From Mobula hypostoma (taxonomy: Eukaryota), in NCBI RefSeq assembly GCF_963921235.1, contig NC_086097.1:22508001-22572000 (forward strand): a DNA stretch of 64,000 nt, in the 5' to 3' direction. Position numbers and translations under genes: made by a program. A model generated the notes under the pieces. It searched no databases. It was not told the DNA's origin and saw only the letters and a list, made by a program, of their open reading frames with translations. This document shows, piece by piece, positions 1 through 12,598 of the stretch (the stretch's first letter is position 1; the number at the start of each line of letters is the position of its first letter).

Positions 1-254
1 AGGAATTTAACTTGTGTGAACAACTGACGGAAGATGTATATATCTGTGTGTAGCAAAGGCCATAGGGAGATTTAAAACAAGAGTGTTGAATAGATTGAAG
101 AAGCTATTTTCATTGGCTGTAGGTTCAATAACCACGGGGCACAGGTACAGACTTGTTGATAAAAGAGACAGAAGTTCATCAATGAGAAACAGAGGACAAA
201 CCAGGGAGGACTTGCATAGGTACTGATAAACACAAGCAGATTCTATTGATGCTG

Positions 255-1218
255 GAATGGCCACCCTTTTTAATTCCTCTTCCCATTCCCATTCTGACAT
301 GTCAGTCCATGTCTGTCTCTACTGCCGTGATGAGGTCACACTAAGATTAAAGGAGCAATTCCTCATATTCTGTCTGGGTAGCCTCTAACCTGACGGCATG
401 AACATTGTTTCTCCAACTTCTGGTAATTTCTCCTCCTCCCCTTCTCTCTTTTTTTCCATTTTCCATTTCCGGTTTCCTTTTTAACTTTTCCCTTCTCCTC
501 TGTTGCCAATCATCTCTGTCTGATGCCCCTCCTCTTCCATGGTCTACTCTCCTCTCCTATCAGATTCCTTCTTCAGCCCTTTACCTCAAAAGTCAAAAAG
601 TCAAAGTCGGAGTAAAGTTTATTATCAGAGTTCATACATGTCACCACATACAACCCGGAGATTCTTTTTCTATGCGCATACTTATCAAATCTATGGTATA
701 CTAACTGTAAACAAGACCAATGGACAATGAACTGTGCAAATGCACATATGAATAAATAACAATAAATAATGAACATGAAATAACAAGACATAAGCGTCCT
801 TAAATGAGTGTAGTTATCCCCTTTTGTTCAAGAGTCTGATAATTGAGGGATAGTAACTGTTCTTGAACCTGGTGGTGCAATTCCTGAGGCATTTGTACAT
901 TCCACCTGATGGCAGCAGTGAGAGAAGAACATGGCCTTGGTGGTGAGGATCTCTTCCAGCTTCTCACTTCATCCACCCTCCCCACCCATGCCACCTTCCC
1001 ACTCACCTGGTCTCAACTTTCACCTGCCAGTTTGTACCCCTCCCCCTCCCCCTCCCCCTCCCCCAACCCCCTGCCCCACCACCACTTTCTTATCCTGGCT
1101 TCTTCATGTTTCCATTCCAGTCCTGATGAAGGATCTCGATACAAAACTCCGATTGCTTTATCTCCTCTATAGATGCTGCCTGACCTGCTAATTTCCTCCA
1201 GTGTTTTGTGTGTGTTGG
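255..1218 (+). mobile_element. Penelope-like element 3' fragment (GIY-YIG C-terminus, pyrimidine-rich UTR, degenerate hammerhead, tail), interrupted by a LINE tail at ~587-945
   Basis: Degenerate ..FNSSSHSHSDMSVH..EQFLIFCLGSL*PDGMNI; cagtcctgatgaagg at ~1118; tail gatgctgcctgacctgct...gtgtgtgtt. Confidence 0.75.
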
Positions 1219-1219
1219 T

Positions 1220-1766
1220 AGGGCACTGAGGAGTGTGGCAGAGTAGAATCTAGGAATACAGATACCGGTAGATAGGGTTGTAAAGAACCTTTGGCACATT
1301 GACCTCCATAAGTCAACATATTTAGCACAGGAATTGAGATGGTATGTTGAAGTTACTGGTGAGGCTGAATGCGGAGTATTGGGTGCAGTTCTGGTCAACT
1401 ACCAAGAGGAAAGATATCAATAAGTTTGAATGTGAGTGAAATTTACAAGGATGTTACCTGGACTTACAGACCTGACTTATAGGAAAAGTTTGAACAGGTT
1501 AGGACTTTATTTCCTGGAGCATAGGAGATTTAGAATTTGATAGAGGTATAAACACGATGAGGGCTATGCATAGGATTAATACAAGCAAGCTTTTCCCACT
1601 CATGTTAGGTGAAAGTAGAACTAGAGGTCATAACTTAAGGGTGAAAAGTGAAATATTTAAGGGAAACATCTCACTCAAGGGGTGGTTTGAGTGTGGGACG
1701 ATCTGCCAGCAGAAGTGGTGGACGTGGGTTCGATTACAACATTTAAGAGAAGTTTGGATAAGTTCA
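1220..1766 (+). mobile_element. CR1 LINE 3' RT fragment
   Basis: Degenerate EYWVQFWS..RKDINKFE.., ESRTRGHNLRVK motifs. Confidence 0.8.
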
Positions 1767-1768
1767 TA

Positions 1769-4455
1769 CAGTGCCTATAAAAAGTATTCACTCCCCTTGG
1801 AAGTTTTCATGTTTTACAACATTGAATTACAGTGGATTTAATTTGGCATTTTTTTGACACTGATCAACTGAAAAAGACTGTTTCGCGTCAAAAGTGAAAA
1901 CAGATCTCTACAAAGTGATCTAAATTAATTACAAATATAAAACACAAAATAATTGACTGCATGATTATTTACTCCCTTTGATATGACACACCAAATCATC
2001 ACTGGTGCAGCCAATTGGTTTTAGAAGCCACATAATTAGTTAAGTAGCTGTCACCTGTGTGCAGTCAAGGAGTTTCAATTGATTGTAGTAAAAATACACC
2101 TGAATCTGGAAGGCTCAACTGCTGGCATGTCAGTATCCTGGCAAAAATTACACTATGAAGACAAAAGAACTCTCCAAACAACCCTGCAAAAAGGCTATTG
2201 AAAAGTACAAGTCAGGAGATGGATGCAAGAAAATTTCCAAGTCACTGAATATCCCTTGGAGTACAGTTAAGTCAGTCATCAAGAAATGAAAAGAATATGG
2301 CTCAGCTGTAAATCTGCCTAGAGCAGGCCATCCTCAAAAACTGAATGACTGTGTAAGAAGGGGACTAGTGAAGGAGGCCACCAAGGGACCTATGACAACC
2401 CTGAAGGAGTTACGAGCTTCAGTGGCTGAGATGGGAGATACTGCACGTGCAACAACTGTTGCCTGGGTGCTTCACCAGTCGCAGCTTTATGGGAGAATGA
2501 CAAAGAGAATGACAAAGAGAAAGCCACTGTTGAAAAAAGTTCATGTGAAATCTTGGCTAGAGTTTCCAGAAGGCATGTGGGAGACTCTGAAATCAGATGG
2601 AAGAAGGTTCTATGGTCTGCTGAAACCAAGATTTAACTCTGGCTATCAGATTAAATGCTAAATTTGGTGTAAGCCAAACACTACACATCATCAAAAACAT
2701 CCCATCGCTACTGTGAAGCATTGTGGTGGCTGCATCATGTTATGGGGATGCTTCACTGCAGCAGTCCCTAGAAGGCTTGTGCAGTTAGAGGGTAAAATGT
2801 ATGGAGTAAAATACAGGGAAATCCTGGAGGAAAACCTCAGAGTCTAGACAGCAATCCAATTGAGAATTTGTGGCTGGACTTGAAAAGAGCTGTTCAGTTG
2901 TGATCCCCATGCAATCTGACAGAGCTTGAGCAGTTTGTAAAGAAGAATAGTGAAAAATTGTGATGTCTAGATGTGCAAAGCTGATAGAGAACTATCCACA
3001 CAGACTTGAGGCTGTAATTGCTGCCAAAGGTGCATCTACTAAATACTGACTTGAAGGGGTGAGTAATTATGCAATCAATTATTTTGTGTTGAATTGGCTT
3101 TATTACTTGCATCCTTGAAATACATGGAGAGTAAAAATCTTTACGTTACGTTTCCATTCAAATGTGCAATTATAGTAATTTATAATATGTACAACAGGAT
3201 AGTCAATATAACAGAAATACAGTAGCGCCAACATGAATTAAGCAGACTGACGGCCTGGTAGAAGAAGCTGTCCTGGAGCCTGTTGGTCCTGGCTTTTATG
3301 CTGCGGTACTGTTTTCTGGATGGTGGCAGCTGGAACAGTTTGGGGTTGGGTGACTCTGGTCTCCAATGATCTTTCTGGCCCTTTTTACACACCTGTCCTT
3401 TTAAACATCCTGAATAGTGGGAAGTTCACATCTATAGATGTGCTGGGCTGTCCGCACCACTCTCTGCAGAGTCCTGCGATTGAGGGAAGTACAGTTCCCA
3501 TACCAGGCAGTGATGCAGCCAGTCACAATTCTCTCGTGCCTCTATAGAAAGCTCTTAGAGTTTGGGGGCCTCATACTGAACAACTTCAACCGTCTGAGGT
3601 GAAAGAGGCACTGTTCTGCCTTTTTCACCGCACAGACGGTATGTATAGACCACGTGAGATCCTCCGTGATGTTTGTGCTGAGGAACTTAAAGCTGTTCAC
3701 CCTCTCAACCCCAGATCCATTGATGTCAATAGGGGTTAGCCTGTTTCTGTTCCTCCTTTGTTTCTACAACATTGAAGGAGAGGTTGTTTTCCTGACACCA
3801 CTGTCAGAGGGGCAAAGGTGATGGAGCTCACTCTTACCACCTGCCGGTGATCTGACAGGAAGTCCTGGATCCAGCTGCACAAGGCGGGGTGAAGGCCGAA
3901 GCCTCTGAGCTTCTTGTAGAGCCTGGAAGGAATTATGATGTTGATTCTGAAACGTAGTCCAAGAACATTCTCACATAAGCATTCCTCTTCTCCGGATGTG
4001 TAAGGACAGTGTGTAGAGCTGTGGCTATTGCGTTGTCTGTTGGTTGGTTGTGTTGGTAGGCAAAATGTCGGGGGTCCAGTGTGGGTGGTAGCATGCTGCA
4101 GATGTAGTCCTTGACCAGCCTCTCAGAGCATTTGCTTATGATTGAAGTGAATGTGATACATTCAGACATGTTACCTTGGTCTTTTTAGGTACAGGCACAA
4201 TGGTGAATGTTTTGAAGCAGGAGGGCACCCTACACTGGGAGAGGGAGAGATTAAAAATGTCTGTAAAAGATTTAAAATGTGTGTTTAATAATTGTAATAA
4301 ATTTAGACTAATTTGTAGAAATTTTTTCATTTTATCATGAAAGAAACTTTTCTGTTGATCAGTGTCAAAACCAAATTAAATCCACTATGATTCAACTTTG
4401 TAAAGCAATAAAGGAAATAAACTTCCAAGGGGGTAAATACTTTTTATAGGCCCTG
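1769..4455 (+). mobile_element. Tc1-like DNA transposon, decayed (transposase ~2155-3049), long TIRs, right TIR split by a Rex/Babar insertion
   Basis: TA|CAGTGCCTATAAAAAGTATTCAC left end; ..ATACTTTTTATAGGCCCTG right end. MKTKELSK.. start, [32 protein letters not shown] end; stops and an internal deletion. Confidence 0.9.
3091..4270 (-). mobile_element. Rex1/Babar-type non-LTR retrotransposon, 5'-truncated
   Basis: [80 protein letters not shown] in ORF track. Confidence 0.85.
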
Positions 4456-4457
4456 TT

Positions 4458-4762
4458 GGAGCAGAATTAGGCCATTTGTCCCATCGGGTCTGCTCTGCCA
4501 TTTCATCGTAGCTGATCCAATTCTCTTCTCAGCCCCAATCTCCTGCCTTCTCCCCAATTCCTGACCAATCAAGAATCTATCGACCTTTGCCTTAAATATA
4601 CTTAAAGACAGCCTCCATAACTGCCTGTGGCAAAGAATTCCACAGATTCACCACTCTCTGGCTAAAGAAGTTTCTCCGTTCTAAAAGGACACCCCTCTGC
4701 TGAGGCTGTGTCCTCTGGACTTAGACTCTTTCACCATGGAGACATCCTCTCCACATCTACTC
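4458..4762 (-). mobile_element. CR1 3' tail fragment
   Basis: ggagcagaattaggccatt..caagaatctatc..gaattccacagattcaccactctctggctaaagaa, shared with other CR1 tails here. Confidence 0.7.
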
Positions 4763-6064
4763 TTGCACTTGATATTTAGATGGTTTGGAATGTACTAAGG
4801 TGCTTGTATTGCTAATTGGTAGATTGACCTTGCTTCCTGCAACATATTTGGCCAATTAGAACATATAACATAGAAGAGTTCAGTTCAGTACAGGCCTTTT
4901 GGCCCACAATGTTGTGCTAATTTTTTAACCTACACTTAACTTGCCTTTCTTGATGTGCCCTATTTCATTAGTTCCCAATAGAGAGAACTAATTAATTGTT
5001 AACTTTTTTGCTTTATAGCTAAGAATAAATAACTGGTTTCCCATTATACTAAAGTGTATAGAACATAGAACAGTACAGTGCTGGCCTTTTGCACCCACAA
5101 TGTTCAAGTTTATTGCCATTTAACCATATCCATGAATACTACCAAATGAAACAACGTTCTTCCAGGCCAAGGTGCGTAACACAGTTCACATAACTCACAC
5201 ACAACATATAAATAAATTCACAAATAATAAACAAGAGAAAATCTGCAGATGTTGGAAATCCAAGTAACATTTGTGTGTGTTGCTCGTAAATAATAAGGTG
5301 TATTTACAACACAGGTTTAAAAAGTAAACTGTATATTGTGCCAAACCATTCCCTTCTTCTAGCATAAACCTCCATTTTTTGTCATCCATGTGCTTATCTA
5401 ATTGTCTCTTAAATGTGTCTGTCTTTACCACCACCCACTGTCTGTACAAAGTTAGCTCATTTCATCTGACACTGAATGAGTCAGTTAGCTGTTTATTGTA
5501 TTAATCCATTATCTTTTCTCTATTTCTTCTGGTGCCATCATTATTGCCTTTCCATAACCCTCAACACTCCAAATCATTCTTTTTCAAATACTATTGGAAA
5601 ATTACGCAAACTACATATTTTCTCTGGTTACAGACACCTAGTTTATGCATCTTTGTGCAGATGAACATATATTAGGGAGGTTGGTGGATGGATGGGGGTA
5701 GATTTACCGACTGATGTGGTGCTGCAGGCACCTTCAGTTGGGTGGGAACAAGATAATTCTTCGTGCCATGTCAGTGAGTCTGATGACAGCCACTCTTCCA
5801 GCGTCTCCTTGCCCTCCTATGATGGTTGATTCTGTGATCCTCTCTCTCACTTTTTTTTTGTTCATATTTCTCTTTAAGAAGTTAACAAGTTACAAACTAT
5901 TCTCTTGAATGGAATCCTGTTGTAAGGGGACTTCCCATAATTAATGCATATAACACAGGACATGGGAGGAAGCCAAAACAACAGGCAGGAACCCATGCGG
6001 TCATGGGGAGAATGTACAAGCTCTACTACAGGGACAGAACTTGAGATCCCAATTTCCAACAGTA

Positions 6065-8730
6065 ATGACCATAAGACAAAGGAGCAGAATTGGGCCATTT
6101 AGCCTATCGAGTCAGCTGCACTATTCAATCATGGCTGAACCTTTTTTTCTGCCCTCCTCAGCCCCCTCCCCAGCCTTCTCCCTGTAACCTTTGATGCTGT
6201 TGCCAATCAAGAACCTATCAACAAGCACCTGAAGTTCACCCAAAGACCTGGCTTCCACAGCTGCCTATAGTAATAAATTGTACAAATTCACCATCGTTTG
6301 GCTAAAGCAATTTCTTTGCATCTCTGTTTAAATGGTCCCCCCTCTATCCTGAGGCAGTGCCCTCTTGTCCTAGACTCCCCCACCTTGGGGAACATCCTTT
6401 CCTCATCTACTCTGTCTAGGCCTTTCAACGTCCAAAAGGTTTCAATTAACCTCCTCTCTCTCCCCCCCCCCCCCAACACCCTATCTTTCTAAATTCCAGT
6501 GAATAGCAGCAGCCCAGAGCCATGAAATATTTCTCATCTTTTCATTTCCAGAATCATCCTCATGAACCTCCTCTGAACCCTCTCCAATGCCACCACATCT
6601 CCTCTTAGATGAGGGGCCCAAAATTGTTCACAATACTCAAGATGAGGCCACACCAGTGCTTTATAAAGCCTCAGAATCACATCCTTATTCTTGTGTTCAT
6701 GACCTCTTGAAATGAATGCTAACATTGCATTTGTCTTCCTCACCACTGAATCAACCTGCAAGTTAATCTTTAGGGTGTTCTGCACAAGGGCTCCCAAGTC
6801 CCTTTGTATCTCAAATGTTTGGATTTTCTCCGTTTAGAAAATGGTGTGCACATTTATTTCTTCTACCAAAGTGCATGATCATGCATTTTCCAACATTAGC
6901 TCCCTAATTGCCTCTGGTTCATTATATAACATCCAATCTAGGATAGTTGATCCCATAGTAGTCAATAACAAACTGCTCTAAAAAGCCATCTCAAAGACAT
7001 TCAACTAATTTATTCTCTCGAGATCTATTACCAACCTGATTTTCCCAATCTGCCTGGATGTTAAAATCTCCCATGAGTATCATAAGATTGCCCCTTTGAC
7101 ACGTCTTTTCTGTTCCTCATCACAGCTACTATTTGGAGACCTGTATATAACTGCCATCAGGGTCTTTTTACCTTTGCAGTTTCTTAACTCAACTCACAAG
7201 GTTTCATCATCTTCCAATCCTACGTGATGTCTTTCTAATGATTTGATACCATTCTTTACCCGCAGAGCCACACCAACCACTCTGCCCATCTTTCTATCCC
7301 TCTGATACAATATGTAACCTTGGGCATTCAGCTCCCAACTACAACTATCCTTTAGCCATGATTCAGTGATGGCCACAACATCATACCCGACAGTCTGTAA
7401 AAGTGCAAAAAGATCATCCACCTCAGGGTCCGGCCCGAAACATTGACTGATCGTTTCCACGGATGCTGCCTAACCCGCTGAGTTCCTCCAGCGTGTTGTG
7501 ACTGTTGCCAAGATCATCCACCTTATTTCTTGTACTCCGTGCATTGAGATAGGAGCAGAAGTGGGCCATTCGACCCATTGAGTCTGCTCTGCTGTTCAAT
7601 CATGGGCTGATATTTAAGAATCAGGAGACGGTTCGTGAGATGTAATACTTAGAGTGCTGTATTTTCTACCCTTTCAGATATTGCATCACTAATGCACTGA
7701 TACTCACCCTGCTGGTTGCAATTTTGTCCTATCATCTGCCTGCTCTTCCTGACAGTCTGATTGCAGGCTATCTTGGCTTTTAACCATTTGTCCTAACCAG
7801 AGTCAATCACTCTGGTTCCCACTCCCCGGCAAAATTAGTTTAAATCTTCCCCAACAGCTTTAACTAATCTATCCACGAGAATATTGGTCCTCCTTGGGTT
7901 CAGGTGCAAGCCATCCCTTTTGTACAGGTCATACCTCCCCCAGAAGAGATCCCAATGATCCAAGAACCTGAAGCCCTTCCCCTGCACCAACTTTTCAGCC
8001 ACACATTTATCTGCCTGATCATCCTGTTTCTACCCTCACTGGGGTGTGGCACAGGTAGCAATCCAGAAATTACTATCCTGGAGATCCTGCTTCTCAGCTT
8101 TGTGCCTAACTCTCTCAATTCTCTCTTCAGGACCTTTTCCTTCCTATATCATTGGTACCAATATGTGCCAAGTCGTATGTCTTCTCTCCCTCTCCCCTCC
8201 AAAATGCTGCGGATGCAATCTGAGACATCCCTGACCCTGGCACCTGGGAGGCAACACGCCATCTGGGTTTCTTGTTTACGTCCACAGAATCTCTTGTCTG
8301 TTCCTCTGACTATTAAGTCCCCTGTCACTACCACTCCGCTCTTCTCCCTTTTTCCCTTCTGCACCATGGATCCATGCCAGTAACCTGGTCTCTGTGGCGT
8401 TCCCCTGGGAGATCATCCCCCTCAACAGTATCCAAAACGGTATTATTATTGAGGGGTATGGCTACAGAGGTGCTCTGCTCTAACTGCATATTCACCTTCC
8501 CATTCCTTCTACTGACAGTCTCCCAGCTACTTGCCTCCTGCATCTCATGGGTGACTAATTCCTTGTAACCCTGACCGATTATCCTCTCACTCTCCCATAC
8601 AAGCCGAAGGTCATCCAGCTGCTGCTCCAAAAGAGCTGCACCCAGATGCACTCCACACACAAGTAGTTCTCTGGGAGACTCTGGGTCTTCAGCACCTGGC
8701 AAGAAGAACACATAACAGCCATTTAAACTA
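6065..8730 (-). mobile_element. CR1 LINE with ORF1 esterase (SGNH) remnant, endonuclease remnant, large internal deletion and 3' RT/tail
   Basis: VVVTGDLIVRGTDKRFCG..CCLPGARVRDVS (ORF1); YDVVAITESWL..GVAL (APE); RPHLEYCEQFWAP-type and ESRTRGH motifs. Confidence 0.85.
7424..7509 (+). mobile_element. 86-bp 5'-truncated Penelope-end insertion with 14-bp TSD
   Basis: TSD aagatcatccacct at 7410-7423 and 7510-7523; insert gggtccggcccgaaacattgactg..gatgctgcc..gagttcctccagc. Confidence 0.8.
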
Positions 8731-8769
8731 CATTACGTCCTCCTGACAGAGTAAGAAACAAGGGAATAA

Positions 8770-10362
8770 TAAAGTATTGTGAGCAGTTTTGGCCCCTTTT
8801 CTAAGAATGGATGTTCTGGCATTGGAGAGAGTCCTGAGGAGGTTCAGAATAATGATCCCTGGAATAGCACATAGAACATAGAATTTTACGGTACACTACA
8901 GGCCCTTCAGCCCATAATACTGTGCCGACCAGTCTCTACTCTAGAGACTGCCTAGAGTTTCCCTAGCTCATAGCCCTCTATTTTCTAAGCTCCATGTACC
9001 TATCTAAGAAGCTCTTAAGACCCTAATGTATCCAAATCTACCACTTTTGCCAGCAGTGCATTCCACCCATCCACCACTCGCTGTGTGAAAAACTTGCCCC
9101 TGACATCCCCTCGGTACCTATTTCCAAGCACCTTAAAACTATGCTCCCTCATTATCCATTTCAGCCCTGGGGAAAAAGCCTCTGGCTATCCACATGATCA
9201 ATGCCCCTCATCATTTTATATACCTCTATCAGGTCACCTCTCATCCTCCATTGCTACAAGGAGAAAAGGCCAAGTACACTCAACCTATTCTTCATAAGGT
9301 ACGCCCTCCAATCCAGAGAACATACTTGTAAATCTCCTCTGCACTCTTTCTATAGTATCCACATCCTTTCTTTAGTGAAGTGACCAGAACTGAACACAGT
9401 ACTCCAAGTGGGTTCTGACCAAGGTCTTGTATAGCTATAACATTACTTCACGGCTCTTGAACTCAATCCTACAGTTGATGATGCCAACACACCATACGTC
9501 TTCTTATCAACACTGTCAACCTGTGAGTGTCCTATTGATGTGGACTCCAAGGTCTATCAGATTCTCCACACTGCTAGAATATAATATATTATATTTTCTT
9601 CATATTGGACCTACCAAAAGGGACCACTTATCTGGGTTGAAGTCTATCTGCCGCTTCTCAGCCGAGTTCTGCATCTTATCAATGTCCCGCTGTAACCTCT
9701 GACAACCCTCCAGACTATCCACAACACCCTCAATGAAATGAAACGGTTAATATATGAAGAGTGTTTGATGGCTCTGGACTTGTACTCGCTGGAGTTCAGA
9801 AGGATTAAATGGGATCTCATTGAAACCTATTGAATAGTGAAAGGCCTAGATAGAGTAGATGTGGAAAGGGTGTGTTCTATCATGGGGGAGTCTTGGACCA
9901 GTGGGTACAGTCTCAGAATAGAACATCCCTTGAGAAAAGATGGGGAGGAGTTTCTTTAACTAGAGGGTGATGAACTGGAGAAGTGATCTTATTGGAATAT
10001 GAGAATGTTTGAGGCTTTGTCAGGTTAAATGCTGGGAGGATGTTTCCCCTCAGAACATTTTGGAACACAGGGTATTATCTTGAGAAAGGTGATCACCACA
10101 AAGCTGTGAGGATTCTATCCTTGAATATGCGAGAAGCAATTTCTTTAGCTAGAGAGGGGGTGAATGGTTGAATTCAATGCCACTGATGGCTGTCGACACA
10201 AAGGCCTTGGGCATATTTTAAGCGGAGGTCAATAGGTTCTTGATTAGTAAGGTTGCCAAAGGTTATGGGGAGAGGGCAGGAGTGTGGGGTTGAGAGAGAT
10301 AACAAATCAACTATAAATGAATGGCAGCGCGTACGTGGCCTAATCCTGCTTTTATGTCTTGT
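8770..10362. mobile_element. Nested CR1 fragments (+ strand copy interrupted by a - strand copy at ~8868-9735)
   Basis: EQFWPLF..ERV on +, resuming near 9735; inner copy starts with the (catagaa)n tail complement. Confidence 0.7.
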
Positions 10363-10539
10363 GGTATTCATTCAGGTTCAATTGAAGGGGGTCAGTGGAA
10401 GGAAACGTGGAAATTTTTGGAGATAGAATTAACTTCAAATTTCACTATTTTTACTGAGAATAATAGATTCATCCCTCATTTTGATACACTGATTATGAAC
10501 TTGGGAACCCTTTTTATATTTTAAATATATATATATATA

Positions 10540-10770
10540 TTTTATTGCGTGATACAGCTCAGTAACAGGTCCTTCGAGCCCTTAGCTTGTGCTGCCCAAT
10601 TTCACCCATGTGGCCAATTAACCTACTAGCCTGTACGTCTTTGGAATGTGGGAGGAAACCCGCGTGGTGATTGGGAGATTGTGCAAACTGCTTACAGACA
10701 GTGGCAGAATCGAACCCGTGTTGCTGGCGCCATAATAGCGTTACATTAACCGCGATGCTAACGTGTTGCC
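10540..10770 (-). mobile_element. tRNA-derived V-SINE-like element
   Basis: Complement of gggtttcctcccacattccaaagacgtac..ggttaattggc core; B-box-like gggttcgattc. Confidence 0.7.
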
Positions 10771-11415
10771 CATTTAATTGGAACATGAGAAGGCTGCCGA
10801 TCCCCAATCTCAAAGTTGGGTGGTTTAATTCCACTGAAGTTGCTGTTTTAGCCTGCATTTTGGATGATCTATGGAAAGAATTAACCTATGCTAATCAAGC
10901 TCAATAGACATGGAAGCATTGTTGTTTAAATTAAAATGACTTAAAACAAATTCAAAAATATTCAGATCTTAATGCTCCAGTTGTACATTTGAATGCATTC
11001 TTCTACTTCAAATCTGGTGTTCTTGGTCTAAAATTCATTTTACAAGCACCTCAATCAATTTTCATTTGCATTTGTATTGACACGAGCCAGCCTTATTTGC
11101 ATAAAAATTGTTGTGGACATCTTATTCTGCAGCGGTAAACCTGTGATGATTTCCTGATTAAGCACAGTGATTGCATTTCAGTCTTTGAATCGAAAAGGTT
11201 AACATCATTATGGATTTGGCCTTGCTGGTCAGCAGCAGTGTCAAATGAAGGCATGCAAATTGCTCTGGAGTTGAATAAATTGATCTAGATTTTCATTGAA
11301 TCAAATTTTCCAATCCCTTGAAATAATCCCTCCACATTACACAGACTATTGCACCATACTGTCAAATTCCTTAAGCTGATTTTGGGAAGGATACTGTAAT
11401 ATGTATTAATATACT

Positions 11416-11712
11416 TGGGGAAGCACGGTAACATTGTTGTTAGCACAGAGTTTTATGGTACAGACCACCGGGGTTCAGTTCCTGTTGCCGCCTGTAAGGA
11501 GGTTGTACATTCTCCCTGTGACCACGTGGATCTCCTCCAGATGCTCCGGTTTCTTCCCACAGTCCAAAGATGTACTGGTTTGGAGGTTAATAGGTCATTG
11601 TAAAAGGTCCTGCGAATAAGCTAGCATTAAGTTGGGGGAATTGCTGGGCAGCATGGCTCAAAGGGCCTATTCTGTGCTGAATCTCAATAAATAAATAATA
11701 AATTAATTAATA
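11416..11712 (+). mobile_element. tRNA-derived V-SINE-like element with (aata)n tail
   Basis: Head ggggttcagttcc; core tgctccggtttcttcccacagtccaaagatgtac..gttaataggtc; tail aataaataaataaataaa. Confidence 0.75.
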
Positions 11713-12598
11713 AATTTCTAGTCTGTAAAATCAGGGCTTCATGATTGCTCCAAAATATCTCTTCTGTCTGCCTACCAACTGTACCTTCCTGAGTGCGGTC
11801 TGTGAATTTAGGAATTACACCCTTGTCTAACACACACAAAATGCTGCATAGCAGGTGAAGCCGTGTCTATGGAGGGGAATAGACTGTCAGTTTTGGACTG
11901 AGACCCTTCATCGGAACTGGCAAGGAAGGGGGAAAGAGGCGCGAATAAGAAGGTTGGGGGGGGAGGGGAGAGGAATAAATACAAGCTGGCAGATGATGAG
12001 TGAGGCCAGGTTGAGGGCGAAGATGCTACTAATCCACATCTTGCATTTTTTTGAAAGTGGGAGGCATCTGGAGCACCCAGAGGAAACCCACATGTTCATG
12101 GGGAGAGCGTACAAGCTCCTCACAGAATTGAATCCAAGCAGTGATTGCTGGTGCTCTAGTAACATTATGCTATGCTAACTGCTGTGCTACTGTGCTGCCC
12201 AATGGAGAGCTGATGGCCATAGAATCATAGAGAGCATTCCAACTGACCGCATCACTGTCTGGTATGGTTTGGGGTGGGGGTGGTGCTTGGGTGGGTGCTG
12301 CTATTGCACACGATTGAAATCAGCTGCAGAGAGATGTAAACTTGGACAGATCCATCATGGGCACTATCCTCCATAGTATGCAGCACATCTTCAAGTAGCA
12401 GTGCCTCAAAATGGAGGCATCCATCATGAAGGACCCCCATCACTCAAGTTGTGCCTTGGTCTCATTGCTACCAGCAGGGAGGAGGTGAAGAAACCTGAAG
12501 CCGCACATTTGACGATTTAAGAATGGCTTCTTTCTCTGTCATCCAATATCTGAATGGACATCGAACCCATGAACGCTAGCTCACTACCCTTTTTTAAT

